In this document: one piece after another, positions 40,701 to 54,207 of the stretch
How positions within the stretch are numbered: position 1 is the stretch's first letter
How the letters are laid out: each line of letters begins with the position of its first letter
NCBI GenBank assembly: GCA_012295275.1
Contig: CM022669.1
Coordinates: 18,290,001 to 18,354,000 of the forward strand
DNA from: Chrysomallon squamiferum
Lineage: Eukaryota; Animalia; Mollusca
Reading direction: 5' to 3'
Length of the DNA: 64,000 nucleotides
Program-made: the position numbers and the translations under genes
Notes under the pieces: generated by a model
The model's database searches: none
The model's input: only the letters and a program-made list of their open reading frames with translations
What the model was told of the DNA's origin: nothing

Positions 40701-42842
40701 ATCTATCAAGTACAATCCAGAAATAATGTTCTTAATTATAATTTTTTTTTTTTCGTTAAAACAGTTAAAAGTAAAAATTTGTTTTCACTATAATCATGAT
40801 TATTATTGTCTGCGGTAGAAATGCTCTCTCTGTCTATGAGAAGAAAACCAGTGGAACGATGTCCTTTCAAGTTTGGTGGATTAGTTGTGTTCTGTCTGTT
40901 TGTCCGTGTTCACAAGATCACCGAGCTTGATAAAGCAGAAGAAAAAAAGAACAAATGGTGTTTGATGTAGCAGGCAGTGGTCTCACTTGTCACAGATCTA
41001 ATTAGAATTTTCCGAACGATAAGATACCAAAAAACGTGTAAAACCAATGGGACTCGTTAAACACAGCCTGCGGCTATCTGTGAATGAAAAAAAAAAAAAA
41101 AAAAAAAAAAGATAGAGAGAGAGAGACCGCAAGTTCTCAATTTTGACCACATCATTTCGTCCCTTAGGAATATTTATCTAATTTGTCCTTCTGCAAAAAC
41201 ATGTCCAGTGGTTGGCTTAATTATCTTTTCTTCATAGCTGTTCCATTGTGTCTTGGCCGTTCTTTTATTTTCTTTCTTTTTTTCTTTTTTTTAAAATAAA
41301 TATTTGAATAGAAAAACTTTTTTTTGCCATTCTTTCTGTGACTGTTTTGTACGAGCCCTCGGTTAGAGATTTGTTTCTGAGTCGTCATGCATGTTTTTAG
41401 ACAAAAGAAACGATGAAAAAAAATTAACGTGTCCGTGCCAAAGACCCAGAGCACGAGGTGGGTTCAGTCAAAAGTGGCTTTGAAGGGAAATTGCGGTTGA
41501 AGGGCTGGATATTATGAAGTGTATTCTTGTTTGATCAAGTTTCCAATATTCCGCTTGCGTTTTGTCTGCTGTGTTTAATTAAGCATGATGGGGGTTATTA
41601 AGAATGCATCAGTGTTTTTGAAGGATTGAAGTGTCTAAGAAAGAAAACCTCAGAAGAAGAAGAAGAAGAAGGAGAAGAAGAGACGGAGAGAAAAAAAAAG
41701 AGATGAATCAGGACCGGCCTGTCATAATTTGAAGAAAAGGCCTGGCGGTGCAATGACAAAAACTTATCACAATTCTGCTTGATTGCTCCCGAGCCATTTT
41801 ACTTGATTTGCTTGTCGTAAGAGGAGTCAAGGGTGTATGTAATCTACTCAGCAATCGTCAATAAGACAAAATAGGAACCTCGCTCATTGATCCGCGATCG
41901 AATAGCTTCCAGAGGAATCTACAAAAGACTGTTTCCTTTAATTGCAAGGAGGAACAGCGAGTGGCTTTTGTCCACCAGTGATTCCCGAGGTCAAGCGAGG
42001 TCTTGCGGACACCGACGGCCACACGCTATCCAATTAAATTGCCCTGGCATCCTACAAAATTAATCGAGTTTGAGGAATGGCAGCTCTCGAAAATCAATGC
42101 CGCCGCCTATTTGATTAGCGGTGGGCAGGAATTGCAGTTTCCTGAATTCTCGATCGTTTTATAAGGCAATCCAAAGGTTGCTAAGGCGAATGGAGGCGAA
42201 TCATTTCTGACCACGGCTAAAAGAAAGAGTCGACGACTGAACTGCGGGTTCTTAGAGAGAATAAAAAGATAAAATGCCAGAGAATTTCTGAAGATAAAAA
42301 TCTTTTAGCTTCGGGACAAGTTCTGTGATCTTTTGTAATAAATAAATATACCACGATACAGCTTCCCCGAATTTCGCTCTCGTTTCCAGAGTAAACATGA
42401 AGGGAAATGTGATATGTGTTTTCTTAGCGATGTTTAATTACATGTTTGTTTATTTTTATTTAGTTTCAAAGATTTATCTTTCGTAAGTAATATGAGACCC
42501 TGCCAGGCAAATTGCGTTTTGGCAAGAATTGTGACTAATTGTAAAGATATGAAATTTATGATTTTGATCGTGGTTTTTCTTCTCTTAATACTTTTCGAAA
42601 TATTCTTTTTCGTTTTCTTATCGTCGTCATCATCATCATAATCATTATCAACATCATCATTATTTATTTGTTTGTTTGTTTATTTATTATTATTATTACT
42701 ATTCTTCTTCTTCTTCTTCTTATTATTATTATTATTATTATTATTGAAAGCTACAATATTATCCAGTTGTTTAAATATTAATATAATTGGTTTGTTAAAG
42801 ATTTTGTTGCGGTTATTTTCTTCTTCTTTTCATTATTTATTT

Positions 42843-42843
42843 C

Positions 42844-42891
<48 letters not shown>

Positions 42892-42924
42892 AATAACAAT
42901 AATAACAATAACAACAACAACAAC

Positions 42925-42963
<39 letters not shown>

Positions 42964-43045
42964 TATTATTATTATTATTTAACATCATCATCATCATTAT
43001 TATTATTATTTACCATGATTATTGTCATCATCATCATCATCATTC
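42843..43045. repeat. (CAA)n-(AAT)n-(ATT)n-(CAT)n compound microsatellite with a strand switch
   Basis: Direct inspection; perfect 34-bp palindrome at 42946-42979. Confidence 0.9.
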
Positions 43046-43437
43046 TGTTCGCTGTTTGAGATAACGAGTATTGTGCCGACTCTAACTACATTACTAAATT
43101 TATAGCGGTTAATTTAATAGTTCAGTTTATTCTTCATCATTTGACGAGAACTATTGAATATTATTTATTTCATTTAGCTTAATAACTGACCTGCATCCAG
43201 CAGTCAAGACTTTGACAGACATTCGTATAATCTGAAGCAGAATAATAATCTGAAGCTCAAAATTTTGTACGTGTTTGTATTATTATTTGTCTTTGCTTAT
43301 TATTAATTTTTCATCGGTTTTTTTTTTTATTACATATTATTTAATATTGTTATTGCGGTTATTATTTTTATTATTGTCATTTGTTGGTGGTTATTATTAT
43401 GTAGCATAGGTTATATCATTGTTACTATTACTATTAC

Positions 43438-43488
<51 letters not shown>

Positions 43489-43556
43489 GGTCTTTGCTAT
43501 GCTGTTATTGGTGAAATAGTTCTTAAATTAAGTTCTGCAATGTTTTCCTTAATTTT

Positions 43557-43587
<31 letters not shown>

Positions 43588-43907
43588 TTTATTCTACACT
43601 GAAATATTACCGCTAGTTAAACCTGGTAATTTACGATGTTGAAAACAAAATTTTGTTTTATAATCATGATACTAACGGATACCATTTGGACTGATTTTTT
43701 ATTTATTTATAATTGATAAATCCTTTTGTTTGTTCTGTTTCTTTTTTTTTTTTAAATAAATTTTGTTATAGACGGGTACCAAGCGATGTCTGACAGTATT
43801 TGTATTTGATTAAAATAACTACATATTTGAATATTTAATGTAGATATTACTGCTACTATTATTTCAACAACACTACTACTACCACCACCACCACAACCAC
43901 AACAACC

Positions 43908-43940
<33 letters not shown>

Positions 43941-44262
43941 TAATTAATAATAATATTAAACATCAAAAATAGAAAAGCTTGCAAGGGTTTAACATTAATA
44001 ATTAAAACAAATTAGTTTTGATAGCAAATTTTGAAAATATACTCATTTACAAAATAGTATATGTAACAAGATAATAATTATTCCCTTGATTTGAATTACT
44101 ACTAATATGTAATAATATATTTAAAATAATGATGATTGTGGTTACTGAAGAAAGGAAATATAATTGGAAAGATATTAAAATGAATAAAACAATTTAAATA
44201 AAAATAAATAAATGAATAAACAATAAATAAATAAATAAATAAACATAATAATGATGATGAAG

Positions 44263-44327
<65 letters not shown>

Positions 44328-44530
44328 TAAAAATACTACTACTAATAAAAATAATAATAATTTTAACGTTTAAATTCCAGTTTCAAAAATAATGTAAAAG
44401 TAATGAACACATGAATAAATGAATAAACTAACGAATGGATTACTAACTGAATGAATAAATTTAAATTTGGCCGTGTATCGAAAATATTAAATTCCTGACA
44501 GTAAAACATCAAAGTTTTCCTAAAATAAAT

Positions 44531-44572
<42 letters not shown>

Positions 44573-45968
44573 AAACTCAGTAAAATAAACAAAAATAAAT
44601 AGGTTTTTTTACCACAAGAATTAAAATAAGCTCGTAGATCGCGACAACAGAGACTTCGAAAATATAAATTGTAAATTATTCCATGTCAGTAAATTTGATT
44701 TCCCCCCCGAAATCACCACTCGGCATCAAGTTGACAAATATGAACATTTTCCCTCGAACCCATTTTATCACATCAAAATGTCTTTCATATCAATAAACCA
44801 TCTTTATCGAACAAGAAAACTCCGCACTATTCACAGGCCAGAAATATGAAAAAAAACAAAAAAAAAAAAAAACCCGGAGAAGTCCGTAGACGCTCGATAT
44901 TGCTGGCTGTTTGGTCACGGAGATGAAGCGATTTGTAAAAAAAAGGGTACAGTGTTTGAGTTTGTGTCAATGATGGATGGCCCGGGGGTAAGAAAGTCGT
45001 TCATAACAATCACCTCATCTTTCCCTCATCACGCGCCTTACAGGACACCGCAAACTTCGCCATCTGCAGACTGGCGCGTGCACGAGTCGACAACGATTCG
45101 CGCGGTTTTTGTGGTCGTCTGCTGTTTGTTTTGTTTTGATATTTTTTTTTTTTCTCTCTCTTCTTTTCAAATAAGAGGTTGCTGTGTATCAAAATTAATT
45201 GCAGTTTGTGATGAATTTGATATTACGTTCGTATGAACAATTTATTTCTTGCAGGAGATAAAATGTGGTATTTTTTTGAGTTTTATAACTTTTATTTTTA
45301 TGACTGATGAGGATATTAAAAAAAAAAAAAAAAAAAAAAATAATTATTTCAGGAACTAAATTCGATGTTACCGAATATTATATTATAACATTTAGAAAAT
45401 TTATTTATATTAGATGCGATATTCTTTCATTCTTTCTCATCTTTTTATTTTCTTCTACTTAAATATTATAATAGTTACTGTTGTTGTAGTTATTGTTGTT
45501 GCCATTGATATACCTTCATCATCATGGTTATTATTTTAGTATTATTTATTCCTGATAATATTAAAAAATGACGATTATATGAAAATTGTTTAACTGTAAT
45601 ACTTAATTTAACTTAAGCTGTTGTGGTTGTACTGGCTTGAGTAGTAGTAGTAGTAGTAGTAGTTACAGCATTAGTAATAACAGTAATAGTTGTAGTTACA
45701 GTAGTAGTATCAGTGGTATTGATACTATTTCGCTTGTTGTTGTTGTTATTATTATTTAGTTATTTATGGAAAAAAATATGAATATATAAAAATAATTAAT
45801 TTAGCTCCAATTGTTGTAATTGTACTGATTATAACAGTAATAGTAATAGTAGTAGTAGTTGTAGTAGTAGTAGTAGTAGTAGTAGTAGTACCAGAAGCTG
45901 TATTATTATTGTTGATGTTGTTGTTGTTTTTATTATTATTATTGTTGTCGTTATTATTATTATTATTA

Positions 45969-46009
<41 letters not shown>

Positions 46010-47229
46010 TGTTGACACTACAATATCTCAAACTCTGACACGAACTCTTTCAACTTGATTGTGCTCGACTGCGACATCGCTCCTAAACAACGCAACGTCA
46101 ACGCCACAGCAAACCCAATGAGATTTTTGTACTGGGGGGGGTCATCAAATTCACAAATAGGGGAGTTATCCCTGAGTAATTTCTCAAGGTTACGCCCCTT
46201 CTTTCCAATGATGTAGCTCTCTTTTTTTTTTTTTAATCTGTTTCATTTTTCAGCACGTTTAAATTAATTCTAAGCCACATGCATGCAAACTGCAGTGAAT
46301 ATGGGAAGCTGGAACGTTGGATGAATTCTGAAGGAAAAAAAATTCCCTTGAAGCACCATCAAATTAAATTTATTTCATTCGCCGCAAGTTCCAACCCCAT
46401 TAAACCTTGCGTAACCCCTGGAAGGGACCTCACCGCAGAATAAACATGACACGTCAGACAAAAACGGGTTGCATGAAAATGAGGATTTAAAATAAAGTGA
46501 AATAAAAAAAAAAAGAGATATTTTTTTTTGTGGTATTGTTGGAAACCGGCAAGAAAAGTCCCGAAAAAAAAAAAAAAAAAAAAATTTTGAAATAAAATAA
46601 TAAAAAAAATAATTAGAAGGGAAAAATTATATATTTTTTAAATATATTAAAAAATAATAATAATAATAAAATAAAATAATAATTAGAAACTTTGTGTGTT
46701 TTTGTTTGTGCGTATATTAACATTAGATCTAATTTAATTGTAAAATAATAATACTTTTTACTTATAAAAATATCATATTTAATTTAATTTTTAAAATAAC
46801 ACTTGTTTTTTTTTTGTTTTTTTTTTAATATTAGATATAATTTAAAACACTGTGATATTATGCCTTTGGGCTTTCACTAACTTTTAATATTATCAATAGT
46901 TAAGTCTATGTTATAATTAATATCATAAAGTCACTGTATTATTATAGCACTACATTGCTTATCACTAATATGTGACGTAATTAAAAATATTATGACTCCA
47001 TTACTATAGTAGCAATGTCACTCCACTATATTAGACAGTCTTCACTCCTTAATACAGCATAATATTAAAGCGTGATAATTTTAAACAGTGACTGATAAAT
47101 GTTATGAATTAATATTCCAGTCTTCGCAGTCACTAAAATTTAATATAATGTGTCATTTTAGGAGATAATTAAAACTGGAATATTACTATGTTATAGTTGT
47201 AAATTATGTCCGATTCTTTAGCTAGACAC

Positions 47230-48130
47230 AAATATCTGATATAATATAGCATTAAAATCTCATTACTCTATATAGTCTTTAATATCTGATATAATTTAAT
47301 ATTAAAATATCACCACTCTGTACAATCACAATATCTGATATAATTTAATATTTAAATATCACTACTCTGTACAATCACAATATCTGGTATAATTTAATAT
47401 TAAAATATCACTACTCTATACAGTCACAATATCTGATATAATTTAATATTAAAATATCACTATTCTATACAGACACAATATCTGATATAATTTAATATTA
47501 AAATATCACTACTCTATATAGAAGCTAATATCTGATATAATTTAATATTAAAATATCACTACTCTATACAGTCACAAATATCTGATATAATTTAATATTA
47601 AAATATCACTACTTTATAGAATCACAGTATCTGATATAATTTAATTTTAGAATATCACTACTCTATGCAGTCACAAATATCTGATATAATTTAATATAAA
47701 AATATCAACACTACACAATCACAAATGTCTGATATAATTTAGTATTAAAATATCACTACTCCATTGATAACTAACATCTGATATAATTGAATATTAAAAG
47801 GTCAATACTCTATAAATCTTTAAAATTTAATATTATAATATCACTAAATACAAAAACAAATGTCTGATATAATTTAGTATTAAAATATCACTACTCCATT
47901 GATAACTAATATCTGATATAATTGAATATTAAAAGGTCAATACTCTATAAATCTTTAATATCTGATATAATTTAATATTATAATATCACTAATCTATACA
48001 AAAACTAATATCTGATATAATTTAATATTAAAATATCACTACTCTATACAATCACAAATATCTGATATAATTCAAAATTTATTTCATATTCACAAGTCAT
48101 TAACATAATAAATCTGATGTAATTTAATAA
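47230..48130. repeat. About 49-bp AT-rich minisatellite, ~19 units, internally palindromic
   Basis: Approximate consensus AATATCTGATATAATTTAATATTAAAATATCACTACTCTATACAATCAC; TCTGATATAA recurs about every 48-52 bp. Confidence 0.97.
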
Positions 48131-48517
48131 TAGAAATAAAATTATTATTATTTTACAGGTCGTGATGTCTTATAAAATAATATGGAAATGAACTGTTGAT
48201 AATTGATAATATATTTGGATATTATATCACAGTATGTAAGTCACACCGAAGATTTCATTAAATCGTTGAGAAATAGGTATCTTTATACAGAACCACAACA
48301 GAAACAATAGCAATAATCCTTACAGTAGTAGTAGTAGTAGTTGTAGTTGTAGTAGTGATAGCAGTAGTAGTAATAATAATAATATAAAAACAATATTAAT
48401 AAAATAATAATAATAATAATATAAAAAATAATAATAATAATAATGATGATGATGATGACAATAACAAGAGCAAAAAAACAACAACAACAACATTAAATAG
48501 CACACAATAATTATTAT

Positions 48518-48572
48518 AACGGTTAAATCATTAACGTCTGGTATGTTCCTGGGTTCAAATCATGGTACTGGG
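48518..48572 (+). mobile_element. Decayed tRNA-derived SINE head
   Basis: GGTTAAATCATT (A-box-like remnant) followed by CTGGGTTCAAATC, matching the Pol III B-box GGTTCRANNC; no cloverleaf. Confidence 0.35.
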
Positions 48573-48711
48573 GAACTAATTAAAATTTACAACAAAAACA
48601 AAACCTACCTATTTTAATTAACTCTATAAAAACAATTTTATATAACTTACCTTTCCTTAATAAATCAAACACTAATTTTGCAATATTTCCCAGGTATATA
48701 ATGTAAGCAAC

Positions 48712-48745
<34 letters not shown>

Positions 48746-49179
48746 ACCTTTTGGTTAGGTTTTGTATTTCGATATGTTTTTACAGATATTTAAAAAAAAT
48801 AAAAAAATAAAAAAATAAAAAAATAAAAATAAAAAAAAAGGTCTGTTGTTTTGATGGCTTTTTTGAAAACATCCTTCAGAAACGAATTTGGCTTTTCAAA
48901 CATTTTATACGTTTCTTGTCGAATATTATCGTTCGATTGCCGAGGGCGGAGCATTTTTTACCTGACAAGAAACATACGCCGGGGTATATATGTATCTTTA
49001 ACTATAACTGTAGTATTGGTTTGTTTGTTTCTTTATTTATTCATTTTTTCTTCCATCCATCGATCCTTTTATTCATTCACTGATTCATTCTTTTACTTCA
49101 TCATAACACAGTCTTGACAGAAAAATATTTATAATAAAATAAAATAAAATAAAATGATAAAAATAAGTAAGTAAGTTAG

Positions 49180-49492
<313 letters not shown>

Positions 49493-49686
49493 ACCGCTCT
49501 CCTAACACGCACTAGATCCTCACCTGGACTTCTCTATAAATGTGTCTGCATTATTAGAGTGTTTTACACAGTCATTTATTAACTTAATGAATAGTCGTTA
49601 ATTGTTTCTGGTTCAGTTCACAATATTAATTTATCGTTTTGCTGAGTAAGTATTTAGTTATATTTACTGATAATTGTAATTTCTAA

Positions 49687-49727
<41 letters not shown>

Positions 49728-49754
49728 CTATTAAAGTCTGTTGTTATTACAAAG

Positions 49755-49798
<44 letters not shown>

Positions 49799-50000
49799 GT
49801 GACTTCAAAAAATGTTCATTACTTTCCGAAGCCATTAAGAAATTTCGCCGTCTGCTTTTTCCGTCACGTGTTGGCGATTTATCTTTTCTTTATTTCAAAC
49901 TTCAGATTTGACGTGTTCACCGTTTCAATTTGCTGGTTACTAATTAATTTAAACTGGAGGCTATTGAGAAAGAAAGAGACATGACACAGTCTGAGAGGGG

Positions 50001-50002
<2 letters not shown>

Positions 50003-50082
<80 letters not shown>
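50003..50082. repeat. (GA)n microsatellite
   Basis: Pure run. Confidence 0.95.
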
Positions 50083-50084
<2 letters not shown>

Positions 50085-50389
50085 TTTCATTTTAGCATGA
50101 TTTATATTTATTTTTCGTATCGTGTCAGGCAGGAGAAATTTCTCAGGTTCCTATCTGCGTATCACTGCCAGCGAATTAAGCAACCCCGTAACACCGACAA
50201 TAAGCAATATTTAGATTTTTCAGAGGTCGTAAATTTGATGAAACGTGAGCCCGACATATCTGAAACAGACCTTATTACTGTCTGTGTGTATATATTTATA
50301 TATATCTTGACTTAGCTCGTGCTGTTCCGACACCACGTGTTCATCAGTTATGCAATCACCCCACATGCAATCGACCCAATGGCAGTGAG

Positions 50390-50431
50390 GGATCAGAAAG
50401 GTCACGTAAGGTCAAGGTCTAATTAGGGTCA
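50390..50431 (+). promoter_or_regulatory. Cluster of direct-repeat nuclear-receptor half-sites
   Basis: GGATCA-gaa-AGGTCA-cgta-AGGTCA-AGGTCT-aatta-GGGTCA. Confidence 0.5.
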
Positions 50432-51001
50432 TAACTAAGGCGGGTTTTTTCTTTTTCTTTTTTTTTTTTTTGGTTCTCTTTTTTTTCTTCTTTTAAGTGA
50501 TTTGGAGGTCGGAGTGAGTTTTTAAATAATTATGACAACTTTCTCATAGTTAATGGAGAGATGCAAATGAACGAGAAAGGATGAGTCAACTAGTTAATAT
50601 AATGTTGCGAATAAAAACCGTTTTTATTTTATTTTATTTTATTATTTTATTATTATTATGGTGTTGTTGTTATTATAAATTATTATTCAGAGCTGCAGAA
50701 TGAAAGAGAGAGAGAAAAAAATTCCTTCAACACCGGGATTTTTTTCTTCGTTAACTTTTTTTTATAAAATACAAACACATTTTTTTCTTAACAAAACACA
50801 ATGTAATAAATACCCGTTACATTCAGTAATAGAAAGTGCGAGAGTTTTGATATTTGACGTTTTAAACTGTCAGTTATTCATTTGAAATGCAAATGGCGAA
50901 ACGGATATTATTAAAAGATTCAAGATATGTTTTAAATAAAGCTGAGGAAATATTTTTTCTAAGTATTTAATGTAGCTGTACTACAGATTCCACTTTTTTA
51001 C

Positions 51002-51049
<48 letters not shown>

Positions 51050-51289
51050 TATGGAGTTAGAAGTTTACTTACCTGTACATATAAAAATACGGCAGCATTA
51101 TGACGTCTTCCTTTCAAAATGTCTCCAGTTTAATTGTTTTGAATCTAATAAAAGTCCACGTATAGTAAGTCTTGAGTAAAATGTTCTTAATTAATGGAGT
51201 GAAATAAATGTTTTAATTATTTATTTATTTATACATTTTAAGTTATTATTTCATTGCTCTTTTTATTGTTGTTTTTGTTGTTATTAATG

Positions 51290-51333
<44 letters not shown>

Positions 51334-52245
51334 GTTGTTGTTGTTGTTGTTGTTGTCGTCGTCGTCGTTGTTGTTGTTGTTGTGTTGCTGGTTTTTTTTT
51401 TTTTTTCAAACCCTCTGCATGATTTTGTTCGCCAGATGCGCCATTTTTAAATTTTCGCTGCGGACGAATACAAAAAAAAAACGCGCAAGGATATTGACCC
51501 TGAACGGCCATGTCATGTCGAGATTGGCTGTCTGGACCTGGACACGCCTCCTCGAGCGAAGTCTGGCCACAGAGAAAAGGTCTTGACCAGTGGTGGTCAG
51601 TTTAATTTATTAAAATTCATCTGCGGATTTTTTTTTTTTTTTTTTTGTTCATGTTTTGGTTAATTTTTTTAACACTGGCGCGAGACCGCAGACAAAGAAT
51701 AATGAAAGTAACTGTAATTAAATTAATGCAAAGACAGATGGTTAATTGTTTTTACAGAACTTTGTCGCATTTTTGCTGAAAAATGGAAGGAATAATTTTT
51801 AATTTACAGCTGTTAATAGTGAAATATTGGAAATTATTAACGGGAGAGGGTTTTGGTTGGAGCCATAAATTGTTTCGTTCTTTGGGAAGATAGACAACCC
51901 AAAATTATTCCATTAGTTAGTTATTTGAAATTTTTACGAAAAAAGGGGAAAAAAAAAAAAAAAAAAGAAAGAAGAGTAGACACAATAATTTTCAGTTCGT
52001 GCATGGTTGTATTGTTGTAAGTTAATATATAGGTGTGTGTTTGTGATAGACAGAGAGGCCTGTGTGAATGTGTTTATGCATTTTAGATAACAAATTCCGA
52101 AAAAAAAAAAAACAGGATTTTTACAATGTTAGAGAAACGGAGCTGTAAAGAGAGAGGATAAATAACCAGAGAAAGAAAGAAAGAAAAAAAAAGAAAAAAG
52201 GGCGAGAGATAGATAACTACACTGATAGAGAGAGAAAAGAAACCA

Positions 52246-52370
<125 letters not shown>

Positions 52371-53333
52371 TAGAGATAATTAAATATATTTTATTAAAGG
52401 AATGCATGCTGCAGTTCAGGAAAAAAATATAAAAATAAATAAATAAAAACAAAAACTAAAACAAGTTTAATAACAGTATTAAGATGTCTGATATGCTAAG
52501 ATTAAATTGCAATATTACATCGCTGTTGTAATCAAACTCATTTAAACCGTTTATACAACAACAACGACAACGACAACGACAACCATACCAGTACTCACAC
52601 ACTCACACACACACGTATACGCAAACTTATAAATTCGTACTGTGAACTTAATTTTAATACACCTTTCTCTCTGTGAGTCATTGACTGTCCTTATTACGTC
52701 ATTTGATTGCCACATTCTTAACCGAGGCAGGCACACAGTTATAAAAATGCACCGGGTACCATTTATTCATTTCATATCGAATTGTTACCTGTATTCTTTA
52801 ATATCTTTAACATTTATTGAAAAACTACACCTGAACAATATCCTCTGCCTGTCACAAAACTTATTATGAAACACTTTCAATACCCAGAGACTTGCTTATT
52901 TATGTACCTTATCCTGCAGTTGTTTGCGAAATATCAATATATACTACACATGTGCATTACAGAAAGAAAAAAAAAGAAAGTTCAGGTAAGCAGATAGAAG
53001 TTCTTTTGTTGTTTGCGGTATTACGAACCATACTGGTAGATAGTGGTTCTTTGTGGACCTTTGTGGGTATTAGATATGTTTTTTTTCTCACGGCTTCTTT
53101 TTTAAATATTCTTATTTCATTTCCTTCTAAATTCCTGCAGCGAAATATTTTCAGTGGACTAGCATTAAGTCACAAAACCTTTCGGAATGAAAATACAAAA
53201 ATAGAATCGTATTTTATTAAAATACACAATGGAAAGCGTGCACCATTTTCTAAATAAAGCTTGCATAGTTATTCGTTTGAATGTCTTTAAATTCTTGAAA
53301 AAATTTATAATTTTTTTTAATCTAGAAGATATG

Positions 53334-53608
53334 AGGACGGATCCACCTAATAAAAACCAACCCTTGTCGTCCATTTTTTTTTTTTTTTTTTTTTCTGACT
53401 TAATTTAAATTATAAAAGATGAATAAATTAAGTAATATTATGAATATAGCATTATAATTAAAAAAAAAAAAAAAAAAGGTTACTGAATTGTTCTTATTAA
53501 TTTTTTAACAAAAAATGTAAGAGGATACAAATAAAAGCAATAATACTATATTTTTTTTAGAAGATATTTTCATAAACCCCTGCTACAAAAAGCTTCTGGG
53601 TCTGCCCT
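53334..53608. mobile_element. Possible decayed MITE with degenerate terminal inverted repeats
   Basis: AGGACGGATCCA 53334-53345 versus AGGGCAGACCCA, the reverse complement of 53597-53608: 9/12 identical, all differences transitions; AT-rich interior; no clear TSD. Confidence 0.35.
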
Positions 53609-53929
53609 GCCTCTATTCAACTGCAGGGTCGGCCAGACATCCCCTTCTATTATCCACTGCAGGGTATTCCTGTCACGCGCCGTTTAAACAGTTGTTATTC
53701 ACAGCCCCGTGGATTGTGTAGAGTTATTATCTGTCTCAAAAGTCTTTTTATGTCATAAAATGTAAGCATCTGCCAACTGGGTCGCCTCGGATTGCCTAAC
53801 CTGAGCCAAAACGTTTAGAAGGTTGCAAGGTCTTCTCTTACCGTACATCATCCGATATATGTCAGCTTTTCCTCTGTAATTTATCTCTTAATCTCTTACA
53901 TTTCAGTTTGTTTTTTCTTCTGTGTCTGT

Positions 53930-53943
53930 TCTCTCGCTCTCTG

Positions 53944-54030
<87 letters not shown>

Positions 54031-54049
54031 CTCTCTCGCTCTCTCTCTC
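53930..54049. repeat. (CT)n microsatellite
   Basis: Near-pure run. Confidence 0.95.
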
Positions 54050-54176
54050 AGGTTTAGTGGTAATATCTGGAAAGAAGTAAAAGAGTGTTAGTTTGTTATA
54101 AAAGAAACTCTAAATAAACCAGCAAAGTTAGGTAAGCACGACTATGGTATATCTGTGGAATAATTAAAACCAGTGT

Positions 54177-54207
<31 letters not shown>

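Noticed and set aside
47230-48130. CRISPR-like appearance of the palindromic arrays here and at 26.5 and 29.6 kb
   Set aside because: Inter-core linkers are homologous to each other and short, there are no cas genes, and the context is eukaryotic; these are minisatellites
54040-54056. (CT)n-CAG acceptor-like sites, here and after other pyrimidine SSRs
   Set aside because: The polypyrimidine tract is simply the microsatellite and no exon follows
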